Shown: in pieces, positions 10,446 to 19,959 of the stretch
Layout: every line of letters begins with the position of its first letter
Numbering within the stretch: position 1 is the first letter of the stretch
Origin: Dehalococcoidia bacterium
GTDB taxonomy: Bacteria > Chloroflexota > Dehalococcoidia > SM23-28-2 > RBG-16-64-32
DNA: 64,000 nt
Direction of reading: 5' to 3'
NCBI GenBank assembly: GCA_034408935.1
Contig: DAOUMV010000025.1
Location: forward strand, 99,593-163,592
Position numbers and translations under genes: made by a program
The notes under the pieces: generated by a model
The model's database searches: none
Told to the model about the DNA's origin: nothing
The model's input: only the letters and a program-made list of their open reading frames with translations

Positions 10446-10543
10446 CGTGCCCGAATTATAGACCGGATGCGGGCGTCGTGCAGAGGCGTAGCCCTGCAAG
10501 TATGTGTATCGTAGCTGGCCACTCCTGCTACCATAGCCCCAGC

Positions 10544-12367
10544 ATGGATCAAGCGTTGATTCGCAACTTCTGCACCATCGCCCACATAGACCACGGCAAG
10601 TCCACCCTCGCCGACCGGATGCTGGAGCTGACGGGGACGATCCCGAAGCGCCAGATGGCCGACCAGGTGCTCGACCAGATGGACCTGGAGCGGGAGCGCG
10701 GGATCACCATCAAGGCCGCCGCCGTCCGCATGACCTACAGCGCCGCCGACGGCCTCGCCTACAAGCTCAACCTCATCGATACCCCCGGCCACGTCGACTT
10801 CACCTACGAGGTGTCGCGGGCCCTGGCCGCCGCCGAGGGCGCCCTCCTCGTGGTCGACGCAGCCCAGGGCATCGAGGCGCAGACCCTCGCCAATGTCTAC
10901 ATGGCGCTGGAGGAGAACCTCACGATCATCCCCGTCGTCAACAAGATCGACCTGCCGTCGGCCGAGCCGGAGCGCGTCGCTCAGGAGCTGGTCGAGGTCA
11001 TCGGCTTCGCCCGCGACGACGTGCTGTTCGTGTCGGCCAAGGATGGCACGGGCGTGCCGGAGCTCCTGGAGGCGATCGTGCGACGGGTGCCGGAGCCGGC
11101 GGGCGATCCGTCCGCGTCCCTCCGCGCCCTCATCTTCGATTCCAAGTATGACCCCTACAAGGGCGTGATCGCCTACGTCCGCGTGGTGGACGGGGAGATC
11201 ACACCGAGACAGAAGCTCCGTCTCATGGCGACCAGGCGCCCCCTGGAGCCCCTGGAGGTGGGCGCGTTCCGGCCCTCGTTCTCCCCCACTGACGGCCTGA
11301 CGCCGGGCGAGGTGGGCTACGTGGCCAGCGGCCTCAAGACCGTACGCGACTGCCGCGTGGGGGACACGCTCACGTCCGATGAGGCTCCCGCCGCGTCACC
11401 CCTGCCCGGCTACCAGCCTGCCAAGCCCATGGTGTTCGCCGGCCTCTATCCCGCCAACTCGGAGGAGTACGATCTCCTGCGCGACGCCCTCGAGAAGCTC
11501 CAGCTAAACGACGCCGCCCTCAGCTACCAGCCGGAGTCCTCCCTCGCTCTCGGGCCCGGCTTCCGCGCCGGCTTCCTCGGCCTCCTCCACATGGACATCG
11601 TCCAAGAGCGGCTGGAGCGCGAGTACGAGGTGGACCTCCTGGCCACCTCGCCCAACGTGGAGTACGAGGCGCTCCTCACCGACGGCCAGGAGATCGAGGT
11701 CGACTGCCCCGCCGACCTGCCTGACCCCTCGCGCATCGACGAGATCCGCGAGCCCTGGATGAACGTCTCCGTCATCGCCCCCGACCGCCATATCGGCGCC
11801 GTCATGGACCTGGTCACCGGCCGCCGCGGAGAGTTCGTGCGCATGGACTACCTCGACCAGGCGCCGGGCGTTCGCCAGGGGGAACGGCGTGTCCTCCTGG
11901 AGTACCGCATGCCCCTGTCCGAGATGCTCGTCGACTTCTACGACCTCCTCAAGTCGAGCACCCAGGGGTACGCGAGCATGGACTACGGCTTCTCGCACTG
12001 GGAGCCCGAGCGGCTGGTGAAGGTGGACATCCTGGTGAACGGCGTGCCGGTGGACGCGCTCAGCATCCTCGTGCACAGCGATAAGGCGCAGAGGCAGGGG
12101 AGGGCGCTGGTCGAGAAGTTGCGCTCGCTGATCCCGCGACAGCTCTTCGAGGTGCCGATCCAGGCGGCGATAGGAGGCCGCATCGTGGCGCGGGAGACGG
12201 TGCGGGCCCTGCGCAAGAACGTCCTGGCCAAGTGCTACGGCGGCGACGTCACCCGCAAGCGGAAGCTGCTGGAGAAGCAGCGGGCGGGCAAGAAGCGCAT
12301 GAAGCGAGTGGGGAACGTGGACATCCCCCAGGAGGCGTTCATGTCGCTGCTGCGCATCGGGAAGTAG
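10544..12367 (+). CDS. lepA: Elongation factor 4 (LepA)
   Basis: [38 protein letters not shown] and the LepA-specific C-terminal domain. Confidence 0.95.
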   Translation: MDQALIRNFCTIAHIDHGKSTLADRMLELTGTIPKRQMADQVLDQMDLERERGITIKAAAVRMTYSAADGLAYKLNLIDTPGHVDFTYEVSRALAAAEGALLVVDAAQGIEAQTLANVYMALEENLTIIPVVNKIDLPSAEPERVAQELVEVIGFARDDVLFVSAKDGTGVPELLEAIVRRVPEPAGDPSASLRALIFDSKYDPYKGVIAYVRVVDGEITPRQKLRLMATRRPLEPLEVGAFRPSFSPTDGLTPGEVGYVASGLKTVRDCRVGDTLTSDEAPAASPLPGYQPAKPMVFAGLYPANSEEYDLLRDALEKLQLNDAALSYQPESSLALGPGFRAGFLGLLHMDIVQERLEREYEVDLLATSPNVEYEALLTDGQEIEVDCPADLPDPSRIDEIREPWMNVSVIAPDRHIGAVMDLVTGRRGEFVRMDYLDQAPGVRQGERRVLLEYRMPLSEMLVDFYDLLKSSTQGYASMDYGFSHWEPERLVKVDILVNGVPVDALSILVHSDKAQRQGRALVEKLRSLIPRQLFEVPIQAAIGGRIVARETVRALRKNVLAKCYGGDVTRKRKLLEKQRAGKKRMKRVGNVDIPQEAFMSLLRIGK

Positions 12368-12374
12368 GGGGGCT

Positions 12375-12465
12375 CAGCCACTCCACCCCGGGTTGTTCGT
12401 CCCACCCACCCGCCCCCGAAAGGATTCAGGCTTCGGCCCCACCCCCGGTGGGCTCAGGCCCACAC
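12375..12465. repeat. 3'-UTR repeat family B, copy 1 (GGTTGTTCRTCCCACCC ... TTCAGGCTTSGCC ... CACCCC)
   Basis: It shares two conserved blocks with 16725-16815. Both copies lie just after a stop codon: lepA here, the LysM/3D gene there. Confidence 0.5.
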
Positions 12466-12562
12466 CATCCGCCGGGACCGGGACCGCCGCCTCAGGTCTG
12501 CGAACGCCTCCCTGCAGACTTCTATATCGCGGGCCGCTTGACAGGCGTTATAATACCGGCAA

Positions 12563-12991
12563 ATGGCCGGGACCGAGCCCAAGATAGACCGCGAGCTCCT
12601 GGGGAGGGTGGCCTCGTTGACGCAGGGGCAGCAGCGCTGGCTGCGCACCGTGCTCCAGTCCGTCTTCACCATGGAGCCCGCCGCGAGGCGGCCTGCCGAG
12701 GAGGAACGTCCCCGTCGGGCCGGGCCGCGACGCGCCGAACCTGAGCCTACGCAGAAGCCGCGGCGCCCGGGCCTAGACGACATCCTCGCCGGCGAGGAGG
12801 TGTCCGAGGAGGACTACCCGGAGCTGGCGGACGAGCTCGAGGGCATCGGCGACATAGCCGACCTGCTGCGGGAGAGCGGCCGCGAGCGCCGCCGCTTTGG
12901 GGAGGAGATCATGCGGCTGTTCAGGGGCTCGGAAGGCTCCGACGAGGACGAAGACGAGGAAGAGGAAGACGGGGGCACAGCCCTCAACTGA
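12563..12991 (+). CDS. Hypothetical protein with a poly-acidic C-terminus
   Basis: 142-aa ORF ending SEGSDEDEDEEEEDGG. A TATAAT box 7 nt upstream and no RBS suggest a leaderless mRNA. No recognisable family. Confidence 0.35.
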   Translation: MAGTEPKIDRELLGRVASLTQGQQRWLRTVLQSVFTMEPAARRPAEEERPRRAGPRRAEPEPTQKPRRPGLDDILAGEEVSEEDYPELADELEGIGDIADLLRESGRERRRFGEEIMRLFRGSEGSDEDEDEEEEDGGTALN

Positions 12992-13009
12992 CGTACCGCG
13001 CTGCGGTAT

Positions 13010-13810
13010 CTAGACTGTCACTAGGTCTTCGCCACCATCCACATCGATTGCGTTGCCCGTTACCCAGGGGCTGTCGTCGGCGGCCAGGAGGGCTATCGTC
13101 CGCGCGACGTCGTCCGGCGTAGTGATGCGACCGCCGGGGTTGCGCGCCTGAGCGTAGGAGAGCATCTCCTCGTGGCCGGGGATCTTGCGCAGGGCGGGCG
13201 TGTCCGTGACGCCGGCCTGGAGGGCGTTGACGGCGATGCCCCGCGACGAGAGCTCGACCGCCAAGTGCTTCACGTGGTATTCCAGGGCAGCCTTAGCGCA
13301 GCCCACCGGCCCATAGTTGGGGAGCACGCGGTGGGACCCGGAGGAGGTCATGGCGAACACCTTGGAGCCGGGGCCCAGGAGGTCCCGGTAGAGGAGGCTC
13401 TGAACCCAGTACACGAGGCTGTGGGCCATGACGTCCAGCGTCATCTCCATCTGGGCCCGGCTAACCGCCTCCTTCTGCTCCGGCGGGACATAGGAGCGGA
13501 GCGTACCGAAGGCGAGTGAGTGCATCACCACTCTGATGTGCTCGCCCTGGGGAAGGCGCTCGCGAATGGTGTCGACCACCTTTGCCCTCTTGGCGTCGTC
13601 GGCGGCGTTGGTGTTGAAGAACACTGCCTGGCGGCCCAGCTCCTGAATGGTGTTCACCAGTTGCTGCGCCTGCGGAAGGGTAGCGCGCATGTCGAGGTGG
13701 ACGCCGAAGATATTCATGCCGAAGCTTGCTAGCTTCAGGGCCGTGCCAGCGCCGTGCCCGCTGGAGGCGCCCAGGATGAGTGCCCACCGGTCTTTCAAGT
13801 TCTCGATCAC
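13010..13810 (-). CDS. Enoyl-ACP reductase-like SDR (FabI/FabL family)
   Basis: 266 aa. N-terminal Rossmann segment LILGASSGHGAGTALKLA. The Y-x6-K catalytic spacing (YGPVGCAKAAL) is typical of FabI-type enoyl reductases. Confidence 0.7.
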   Translation of the reverse strand: MIENLKDRWALILGASSGHGAGTALKLASFGMNIFGVHLDMRATLPQAQQLVNTIQELGRQAVFFNTNAADDAKRAKVVDTIRERLPQGEHIRVVMHSLAFGTLRSYVPPEQKEAVSRAQMEMTLDVMAHSLVYWVQSLLYRDLLGPGSKVFAMTSSGSHRVLPNYGPVGCAKAALEYHVKHLAVELSSRGIAVNALQAGVTDTPALRKIPGHEEMLSYAQARNPGGRITTPDDVARTIALLAADDSPWVTGNAIDVDGGEDLVTV

Positions 13811-13848
13811 GAAGCCTCCTTACGGTTCCACTGCGGCGGCTGTCGCGG

Positions 13849-14718
13849 TCAATCCAGGGACAGCGATCGCAGGTACTGCTTGAACGCGGGCCCGCTGTCC
13901 TCTCGGCGCAGCGCCAGGGCGACCGATGCCTTCAGCAGTCCCAACGGGCGACCGGTGTCGAACCGCTCACCCTCGAACTCGCAGGCGAACAGAGGATGGC
14001 CAGCCTTCAGCAGCATCGCCAGGGTGTCCGTAAGCTGCATCTCGCCGCCGGCGCCGGGCGACGTTCGTGCGAGCAGCGGCCAGATGTCGGCCGTCAGCAC
14101 ATAGCGGCCCACAGTCGTTAGCTCCGAGGGCGCCTCCTCCACCGACGGCTTCTCCACGATGCCGCGCACGCGGTACACTCGGTCCTCCACCGGCTCCGGC
14201 GTTATGACGCCATAGTGCACCACCTCCTGCCGGGGCAGGCGCTGAACGGCGATGACGCTGCCCCCGTGCCGTTCGTGCACGTCCATGAGCTGGCGGATGG
14301 CGGGCACATCGGAGACGATGATGTCATCGGGGAAGAACAGGGCGAAGGGCTCCTCGCCCACCACGTGATGGGCCATGAGCACGGCGTGGGCTATCCCCCG
14401 GCGCTCCTTCTGCCTCACGAATGACATGTCCGCCAAGTCTGCCGCCCGCCGTATCTCCCGCAGATCCGCTTCCTTGCCCGAGCCCTCTAGGAGCTGCTCC
14501 AGCTCAGGGTTGCGGTCGAAGTGGTCTTCCACCGAGCGCTTGGAGCCGGCGGTGACGATGGTCACGTGGAGCAGGCCAGCCGCTACGGCCTCCTCCACGA
14601 CGTACTGGATGACCGGCTTGTCCACCAAAGGCAGCATCTCCTTGGGTACCGCCTTCGTGGCCGGCAGGAAACGTGTGCCATGGCCGGCGGCCAGGATCAC
14701 CGCCTTGGAGATGGTCAT
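13849..14718 (-). CDS. galU: UTP--glucose-1-phosphate uridylyltransferase
   Basis: MTISKAVILAAGHGTRFLPATKAVPKEMLPLVDKPVIQY is a GalU signature. Internal ATG chosen at 14718. Confidence 0.85.
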   Translation of the reverse strand: MTISKAVILAAGHGTRFLPATKAVPKEMLPLVDKPVIQYVVEEAVAAGLLHVTIVTAGSKRSVEDHFDRNPELEQLLEGSGKEADLREIRRAADLADMSFVRQKERRGIAHAVLMAHHVVGEEPFALFFPDDIIVSDVPAIRQLMDVHERHGGSVIAVQRLPRQEVVHYGVITPEPVEDRVYRVRGIVEKPSVEEAPSELTTVGRYVLTADIWPLLARTSPGAGGEMQLTDTLAMLLKAGHPLFACEFEGERFDTGRPLGLLKASVALALRREDSGPAFKQYLRSLSLD

Positions 14719-14951
14719 GGGGAGGGGTGCTCCTTTCCCATGCATGAGGGCAAGCAGGCGTATCTGCGGGTAGTCTACATCAGGGGTGGGTCGCTAGCAA
14801 GCGAAAGGCGTTGTCGGGGCCTGGGCGACATCCTCGGGCAGGCAGCGACATGTACGGTCAACCAGGAGCGTCATAGTTCTACCACATCCCACTTTTTCCA
14901 CCGTCGGATTCCGCTTGACAGTGCGGCGCGCCGCCGTGATAGGATAACTCG

Positions 14952-15222
14952 CGGTCGTGCTAGACGGGGAGCTAGCGGTGCCCTGTACCCGCAATCCGCT
15001 ATAGCGGGGTTGAACTCCCGCTCGAGGTCTGAGCTCCGCAGGGACTGCCTCTGACAAGCGGCGTTGAGGACCCGGCCCTGCGCGGCGAGGTGCCATGAAC
15101 CCCGTCAGGCCCGGAAGGGAGCAGCGGTAAGTGGTTAGCTTCGGGTGCCGTGGGCAAACCGAGTCGGAGTCGGTTGTCAGGGTAAGCCTGCGGTGCCGGA
15201 TCGACAGCGGGTGCACGACCAC
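14952..15222 (+). ncRNA. ffs: Signal recognition particle RNA, long Bacillus type with an Alu domain
   Basis: The 5' part GUGCUAGACGGGGAGCUAGCGGUGCCCUGUACCCGCAAUCCGCUAUAGCGGGG closely resembles the B. subtilis scRNA 5' domain as I remember it. The conserved helix-8 motif GUCAGGCCCGGAAGGGAGCAGC lies at 15104-15127. The 3' end GGAUCGACAGCGGGUGCACGACC matches the scRNA 3' end. A promoter TTGACA (14915-14920) plus an extended -10 lies upstream. The ends are approximate. Confidence 0.75.
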
Positions 15223-15252
15223 TCTATTGGAGGTCCGCGCGCGTAAAGCGAG

Positions 15253-16698
15253 GTGAGTTTGCCGAAACCCCGCAACGGGGCGAACCGTCTAGACACCAGA
15301 CGAACGAAGAAGAGCAACCAGCCGTCCCACGCAATAGCTCGCTCACACAGCGGCCGCCTTCATGTGGCCCTACTGGTGGCCTTGGCTGTCGTGGGCGTAG
15401 CACTTACAGCTTTCCCTCTCACCCGTCCCCGCGTCGACGCAGACGATCCCAGCGGTACGCCGGTCCTTGTCGCAGCTGACGGTCTCTCCGCCGCCCTTCA
15501 TTCCCAGGCGGAGACGATGGTCAGCGCCCTGACTCACGCTGCGCCGACGCCCACAGCCCAGGACCCAGCCTTGTCACAGAGCTTGGACGAGTTCCGCGGA
15601 ACCTCACTGGTGCCTCGTTCCCTGCTGGTGGCGGCTGCGCATATGCTGGTGCGGGGAGCTCTGGCTGGGCCGGAAGGTCAGCAGGGACCGGTGACGGAGA
15701 TGGGACCGCCCGTACGATTCGTCCTCCAAGAGGAAGGTTTCCCCTCTGAGGTCTTCACCACCCGGCCCACCGTGGGGAGCGCCCTGAACGCCCTCGGTAC
15801 CGACTACAACCGCAATGATCTCGTTTGGCCACCGCCGGAGACGCCCATGACGGCGGGCCTTCACGTCTTCGTGGAGCGCGGCCGCGCCAATACCCTCAGC
15901 CTGGGCGGCGATGAGCCGGGACGGAATGAGGAAGCGACGCCGGAAGCGGAGCCCACTGCCGAACCCCAGCCCGCCTTCACCGTCTACACTGTCCAGCCCG
16001 GGGACTCCATCGCTTCCATCGCGAACGCTTTCGGCATCGACGCCAAGTACATCCTTTGGAGCAACCCCGATCCTGACGGGGACCCGGATCTCCTCCTGGC
16101 GAACCAAGAGCTCCAGATCCCGAGTGTCAACGGCCTCATCTACAGGGTTGAGCCGGGTGATACCCTCTCCGGCATCGCTTCCTTGTTCCAGATAGACATC
16201 CAGAGCATCCTCGCCTTAGCGCCCAACGGCATCACATCGGCCGATACCCTCATTGAAGGGATGGTGCTCGTCCTACCCGATGCCGTGCCGCCCCCTCCCG
16301 CCGCCGCGCCACCGTCACCGCCACCTGCGGTGGCCGTGGTGGCGCCCAGTCCTGCCGCCGATACTACCATCGATACCCCGGCCGCCGCGCCAGTCGCCAC
16401 GCCCGACGGCGAACTGCAGTGTGCCCGCACGATGAATGTCTGGGCGACGTGGTACACAGCAGACAGCGCCAGCGGCGGCGGCACTACCGCCACCGGCACC
16501 ACTGTGCGCAAGGGCACAGTGGCCGTGGACCCCAGCGTCATCCCCCTAGGCACGCGCATGTACATCCCCGGCTACGGCTACGGCGTGGCTGAGGACACAG
16601 GCGGCGCCGTCATCGGTAACATCATCGACCTGGGCTACGGGCTCGACGATGTCAAGGATTGGCGTACCGGCTGGGTGGACATCTGCATCCTTCCCTGA
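15253..16698 (+). CDS. Secreted or anchored cell-wall protein with two LysM domains, a Pro-rich linker and a C-terminal 3D (MltA-like) domain
   Basis: LysM: YTVQPGDSIASIANAFGIDAKYILWSNP and YRVEPGDTLSGIASLFQIDIQSI. PPPPAAAPPSPPPA linker. 3D domain: WATWYTAD...GTVAVDPSVIPLGTRMYIPGYGYGVAEDTGGAVIGNIIDL. N-terminal signal anchor. The start is uncertain; it could be GTG 15253 or a later codon. Confidence 0.75.
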   Translation: MSLPKPRNGANRLDTRRTKKSNQPSHAIARSHSGRLHVALLVALAVVGVALTAFPLTRPRVDADDPSGTPVLVAADGLSAALHSQAETMVSALTHAAPTPTAQDPALSQSLDEFRGTSLVPRSLLVAAAHMLVRGALAGPEGQQGPVTEMGPPVRFVLQEEGFPSEVFTTRPTVGSALNALGTDYNRNDLVWPPPETPMTAGLHVFVERGRANTLSLGGDEPGRNEEATPEAEPTAEPQPAFTVYTVQPGDSIASIANAFGIDAKYILWSNPDPDGDPDLLLANQELQIPSVNGLIYRVEPGDTLSGIASLFQIDIQSILALAPNGITSADTLIEGMVLVLPDAVPPPPAAAPPSPPPAVAVVAPSPAADTTIDTPAAAPVATPDGELQCARTMNVWATWYTADSASGGGTTATGTTVRKGTVAVDPSVIPLGTRMYIPGYGYGVAEDTGGAVIGNIIDLGYGLDDVKDWRTGWVDICILP

Positions 16699-16724
16699 CT
16701 CGCCGCGGCGCTTCCTGGAAGAGC

Positions 16725-16815
16725 GTTGCGCCCCCATCCCAAGGTTGTTCATCCCACCCGGCCCGCCTCCGCCTGAGGCGGACGGGCTGTGAACTGCGTT
16801 CAGGCTTGGCCTCAC
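16725..16815. repeat. 3'-UTR repeat family B, copy 2
   Basis: GGTTGTTCATCCCACCC and TTCAGGCTTGGCC blocks are shared with 12375-12465. It contains local hairpins (CCGCCTGAGGCGG). Confidence 0.5.
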
Positions 16816-16865
16816 CCCGAAGGCCAGCCCTGCCCTCGCCGGGTCACCTAGCGTATGATGGCGGC

Positions 16866-17690
16866 GTGAGCGAAACGCGTGGGCGCCGGCGCAGGGCGTT
16901 GGGCCAGCACTGGCTGGTCGACCGTCGCATCCTCGCCCGTATCGCCAGGGCGGCCGATTTCAGCCCCGCTGACACGGTGGTGGAGGTAGGCGCCGGCACT
17001 GGCCTACTCACCTCGCTCCTGGCCCGGTGTGCCTCCCGGCTCATCGCTGTCGAGGTCGATCCGGGCTTGGCGGCCGCCCTGCGGGAGCGGTTCCATGGCC
17101 GCGACAACGTGTCGCTGTTGGAGGCGGACATCCTCACGCTGGACCCGGAAGAGATCCTGTCGCGCGGCGGCGGGGTGCCCTACGTGGTCGTCGGCAACCT
17201 GCCGTACTCCATCGGCTCAGCCATCGTCCGGCATTTCCTAACCGCCCACACCCAGCCCCGCTGGCTCCTGACCACCCTGCAATCGGAGGTGGCCCGCAAC
17301 ATGGCTGCCGGGCCCGGCCGTATGTCCTTCCTCAGCGTGGAGGCCCAGTACTACGCCAAGCCGCGGGTCCTGTTTGATATCCCGCCAGGGGCCTTCCACC
17401 CGCCGCCCAAGGTGACGTCCGCTGTCCTCCGCCTGGACGTCCTGGATGACGCCGCCGTCGAGGTGGACGACCGAGAGGCGTTCTTCCGGCTGGTGCAGGC
17501 CGGCTTCGCGGCGCCCCGCAAGCAACTCCGCAACGCCCTGGCCATCGGTCTGAAGTGCCGCCCAGCGGACGCGGAGGCGATGCTCGCCGAGGCGAACGTG
17601 GATCCGATCCGGCGTGCCCAGACCCTCAGCATGGATGAGTGGGCTGCTCTCTACCGAGCCTATCGGCGCGCGACCGCTGCCGTCCCGTAG
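16866..17690 (+). CDS. rsmA: 16S rRNA (adenine1518/1519-N6)-dimethyltransferase
   Basis: GQHWLVD N-terminal motif, SAM motif VVEVGAGTGLLT, catalytic GNLPY. GTG 16866 gives the usual length of about 274 aa. Confidence 0.85.
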   Translation: MSETRGRRRRALGQHWLVDRRILARIARAADFSPADTVVEVGAGTGLLTSLLARCASRLIAVEVDPGLAAALRERFHGRDNVSLLEADILTLDPEEILSRGGGVPYVVVGNLPYSIGSAIVRHFLTAHTQPRWLLTTLQSEVARNMAAGPGRMSFLSVEAQYYAKPRVLFDIPPGAFHPPPKVTSAVLRLDVLDDAAVEVDDREAFFRLVQAGFAAPRKQLRNALAIGLKCRPADAEAMLAEANVDPIRRAQTLSMDEWAALYRAYRRATAAVP

Positions 17691-17698
17691 TAGCCGAC

Positions 17699-18562
17699 AT
17701 GCGCCTCCGCGCCGCCGCCAAGATCAACTGGACGCTCGAGGTGATGGGCCGCCGCGACGATGGTTACCACGAGGTGCGCAGTGTCATGCAGACCGTGGAG
17801 CCGTGCGACATCCTGGAACTCACCCCCGCCGATCGGCTCGAGCTGGAGGTGGAAGGGGCGCACCAGCCCTCCCAGGACGACCTCGTCCTGCGAGCGGCCG
17901 CTCTCCTCGAGGGGGGTGCCAGTGGAGCCTACATCCGCCTCAGCAAGCGCGTCCCGGTGGCAGCAGGGCTGGGCGGAGGCAGCTCCGATGCGGCGGCGGC
18001 CCTGCGCGGCCTCAACCACATGTGGCGACTAGGATACGACGACGCCCATCTGGCAGAGATGGGCGCCGGGATCGGCTCGGACGTGGCGTTCTTCGTCCAC
18101 GGTGGCACCGCCCTAGCCGAGGGGCGCGGCGAGCGGGTCACGCCGCTGACGGACGTTCCCGCCACATGGCTGGTGCTGCTGGTGCCCACACCCTTGCGCC
18201 TGCCCGAAAAGACGAGGCGCATGTACGCCGCGCTCACGCCGGCCGACTTCAGCGATGGCTCGCGAACGGAGGCGCTTCGGCGCCGCCTCCGGGATGGCCA
18301 GCCGGTAGACGATGGCAGTCTGTACAACGCCTTCGAGCGTGCCGCGTACGAGGTTTTCGAGGGGCTGGACGCGTACCGCGATGCCCTCCTGGCTGCCGGC
18401 GCCCGTACGGTGCACCTGGCCGGCTCCGGGCCCGCCCTGTTCGCCCTGGGCCCGGACGAGGGCGCCGCGCGGGCCATGCACGACCGGCTTCGCCCGCCCG
18501 GCGGACAGTCGCTGGTGGTCCACACCCTGACCACGGCGGAAGCGCGGGTCAAGGAGGGGTAG
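17699..18562 (+). CDS. ispE: 4-diphosphocytidyl-2-C-methyl-D-erythritol kinase
   Basis: MRLRAAAKINWTLEV and the GHMP kinase motif PVAAGLGGGSSDAAAAL. Confidence 0.9.
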   Translation: MRLRAAAKINWTLEVMGRRDDGYHEVRSVMQTVEPCDILELTPADRLELEVEGAHQPSQDDLVLRAAALLEGGASGAYIRLSKRVPVAAGLGGGSSDAAAALRGLNHMWRLGYDDAHLAEMGAGIGSDVAFFVHGGTALAEGRGERVTPLTDVPATWLVLLVPTPLRLPEKTRRMYAALTPADFSDGSRTEALRRRLRDGQPVDDGSLYNAFERAAYEVFEGLDAYRDALLAAGARTVHLAGSGPALFALGPDEGAARAMHDRLRPPGGQSLVVHTLTTAEARVKEG

Positions 18563-18565
18563 CCG

Positions 18566-18988
18566 GTGGCCGAGGTCTTCTCCGGCTTCGTGGTGGGCTA
18601 CGCCTTCTCCCTGTTGTTCACCGCCGTGGCCGCCGTCATGGTCATCGAGGCCCGCAGTCAGGTGCCGTATCTGGCCAGGGCTATCGCGCCGAACATCGGC
18701 GCCGTACAGCTCGCGGTCCCCATCTCCCTTCTGGCCTTCCTGGCGTGGACGCTGGTGGGCCTGCTTCTGGGCCTCACGTATCGGGCCGCGCGGCTGAACC
18801 TGGCAGGCGGCGGCCTGGGCAGCCCCAACTGGCCCTTCACCCTGGGCATCCTGATGGCCACCCTTGCCTTCCTGGCCGTCGTGTACTACGCCTGGCGGCG
18901 CTTGCCCTGGCGGGTGCTCCTGATGGCCCTGGCCTTCGCCGGGATGTTCGCCTGGGGGATGCCGCACATGGCGGAGCTGGGACTGTGA
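18566..18988 (+). CDS. Hypothetical integral membrane protein (4 TM)
   Basis: Starts 4 nt after the ispE stop with a GTG. Four hydrophobic helices. No family recognised. Confidence 0.5.
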   Translation: MAEVFSGFVVGYAFSLLFTAVAAVMVIEARSQVPYLARAIAPNIGAVQLAVPISLLAFLAWTLVGLLLGLTYRAARLNLAGGGLGSPNWPFTLGILMATLAFLAVVYYAWRRLPWRVLLMALAFAGMFAWGMPHMAELGL

Positions 18989-19045
18989 TCGGTTGAGACA
19001 GAGCCGCCCGCAGGTTAGCATGAGGAGAGACTTCACGTTAACGGA

Positions 19046-19085
19046 AGGGTTTCTCGAACCCTTCGACAGGCTCAGGACAAGCTCT
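19046..19085. repeat. Palindromic mini-element family C (core CCCTTCGACAGGCTCAGGAC), copy in the 5' leader of the PHP gene
   Basis: GGGTTTCTCGAACCCTTCGACAGGCTCAGGACAAGCTC. The core is identical to the copies at 31987, 35357 and 51590. Confidence 0.6.
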
Positions 19086-19790
19086 ATGCCCGGCACCATC
19101 GTCGACATGCACGTGCACACGGTGCGCGGCGCCTCCGACTCCTCTCTGACCCCTGAGCAGCTCATGGAGGTGGCGCGACGCGTCGGCCTCACCGGCGTCA
19201 ACATCTGCGAGCACGACCGCGTGTGGGACGTGCGCCAGATCGAGGAGTTCCGCCAGCGGAGTAGCCTGTTTGTGTCGCAGGGTATGGAGGTCTCTACCGA
19301 CATGGGCCACATTATCGTCATCGGCCTGGACTCCTACCTGCCGGGGATCCGCAAGGCGACGGAGCTGCGGCGGGCCGTGGACGAAGCAGGGGGCTTCATG
19401 ATCGTGGCCCACCCGTTCCGCCATTTCTTCGATCCGATCCACTTCCGCCGCGACGGCCGCCCGCCATTCGACATGACCCCCGATGAGGCCGCCGAGCGGA
19501 TGCCCGTGTTGCGGCTGGTGGACGAGCTGGAGGTGGCCAACGGCGGCTGTACGCCCCGCGAAAACCAGTTCGCCCTGCGGGTGGCGCATCTTCTGGGCAA
19601 GCGCGGCATCGGCGCCAGCGACTGCCACTCCACCCAGGGCGTGGGCTGCTTCGTGACGGTGTTCGAGGAGGAGCTCCGCGACCAAGCTCACATGCTGGAG
19701 CTGCTCCGCGCCGGCCGCTACCGGGCCCATGAGAGGCTGAACACGGGGGAGCTACGCCCCTACGCCGAGCAGTCCCTGCCGACCAAGTAG
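19086..19790 (+). CDS. PHP-domain metal-dependent phosphoesterase
   Basis: VDMHVHTVRGASDSSLT, then EHDRVW ... IVAHPFRH. These fit PHP family His motifs. Internal ATG chosen because the upstream part of the long ORF is a copy of the mini-element. Confidence 0.7.
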   Translation: MPGTIVDMHVHTVRGASDSSLTPEQLMEVARRVGLTGVNICEHDRVWDVRQIEEFRQRSSLFVSQGMEVSTDMGHIIVIGLDSYLPGIRKATELRRAVDEAGGFMIVAHPFRHFFDPIHFRRDGRPPFDMTPDEAAERMPVLRLVDELEVANGGCTPRENQFALRVAHLLGKRGIGASDCHSTQGVGCFVTVFEEELRDQAHMLELLRAGRYRAHERLNTGELRPYAEQSLPTK

Positions 19791-19800
19791 GGCGGCTCGT

Positions 19801-19863
19801 GGTCGAGGCTGAGGCCTCGACCTACGGAGGGTCTGCCCCGCAGGGCAGGGCTGAAGCCCTGCA
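19801..19863. terminator. Tandem hairpins: REP-like element GGTCGAGGC-TGAG-GCCTCGACC, then GCAGGGC...GCCCTGC
   Basis: Perfect 9-bp stem at 19801-19822. A second stem-loop lies at 19840-19862. A near-identical first hairpin recurs at 48413-48436. Confidence 0.5.
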
Positions 19864-19959
19864 GCTACGACCTTTGGCGCCACTTCTAGCCAAGTAGGCT
19901 GCTGGTCCCGACCATCCGTTCTAGCCCGCTGCCGCCGCCGGTGCTACAATGACGGCGTC

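Noticed and set aside
10478-10543. Upstream extension of lepA (start at 10478)
   Set aside because: The conserved LepA N-terminus begins at MDQALIRNF (ATG 10544). The extension would overlap the RM gene promoter region.
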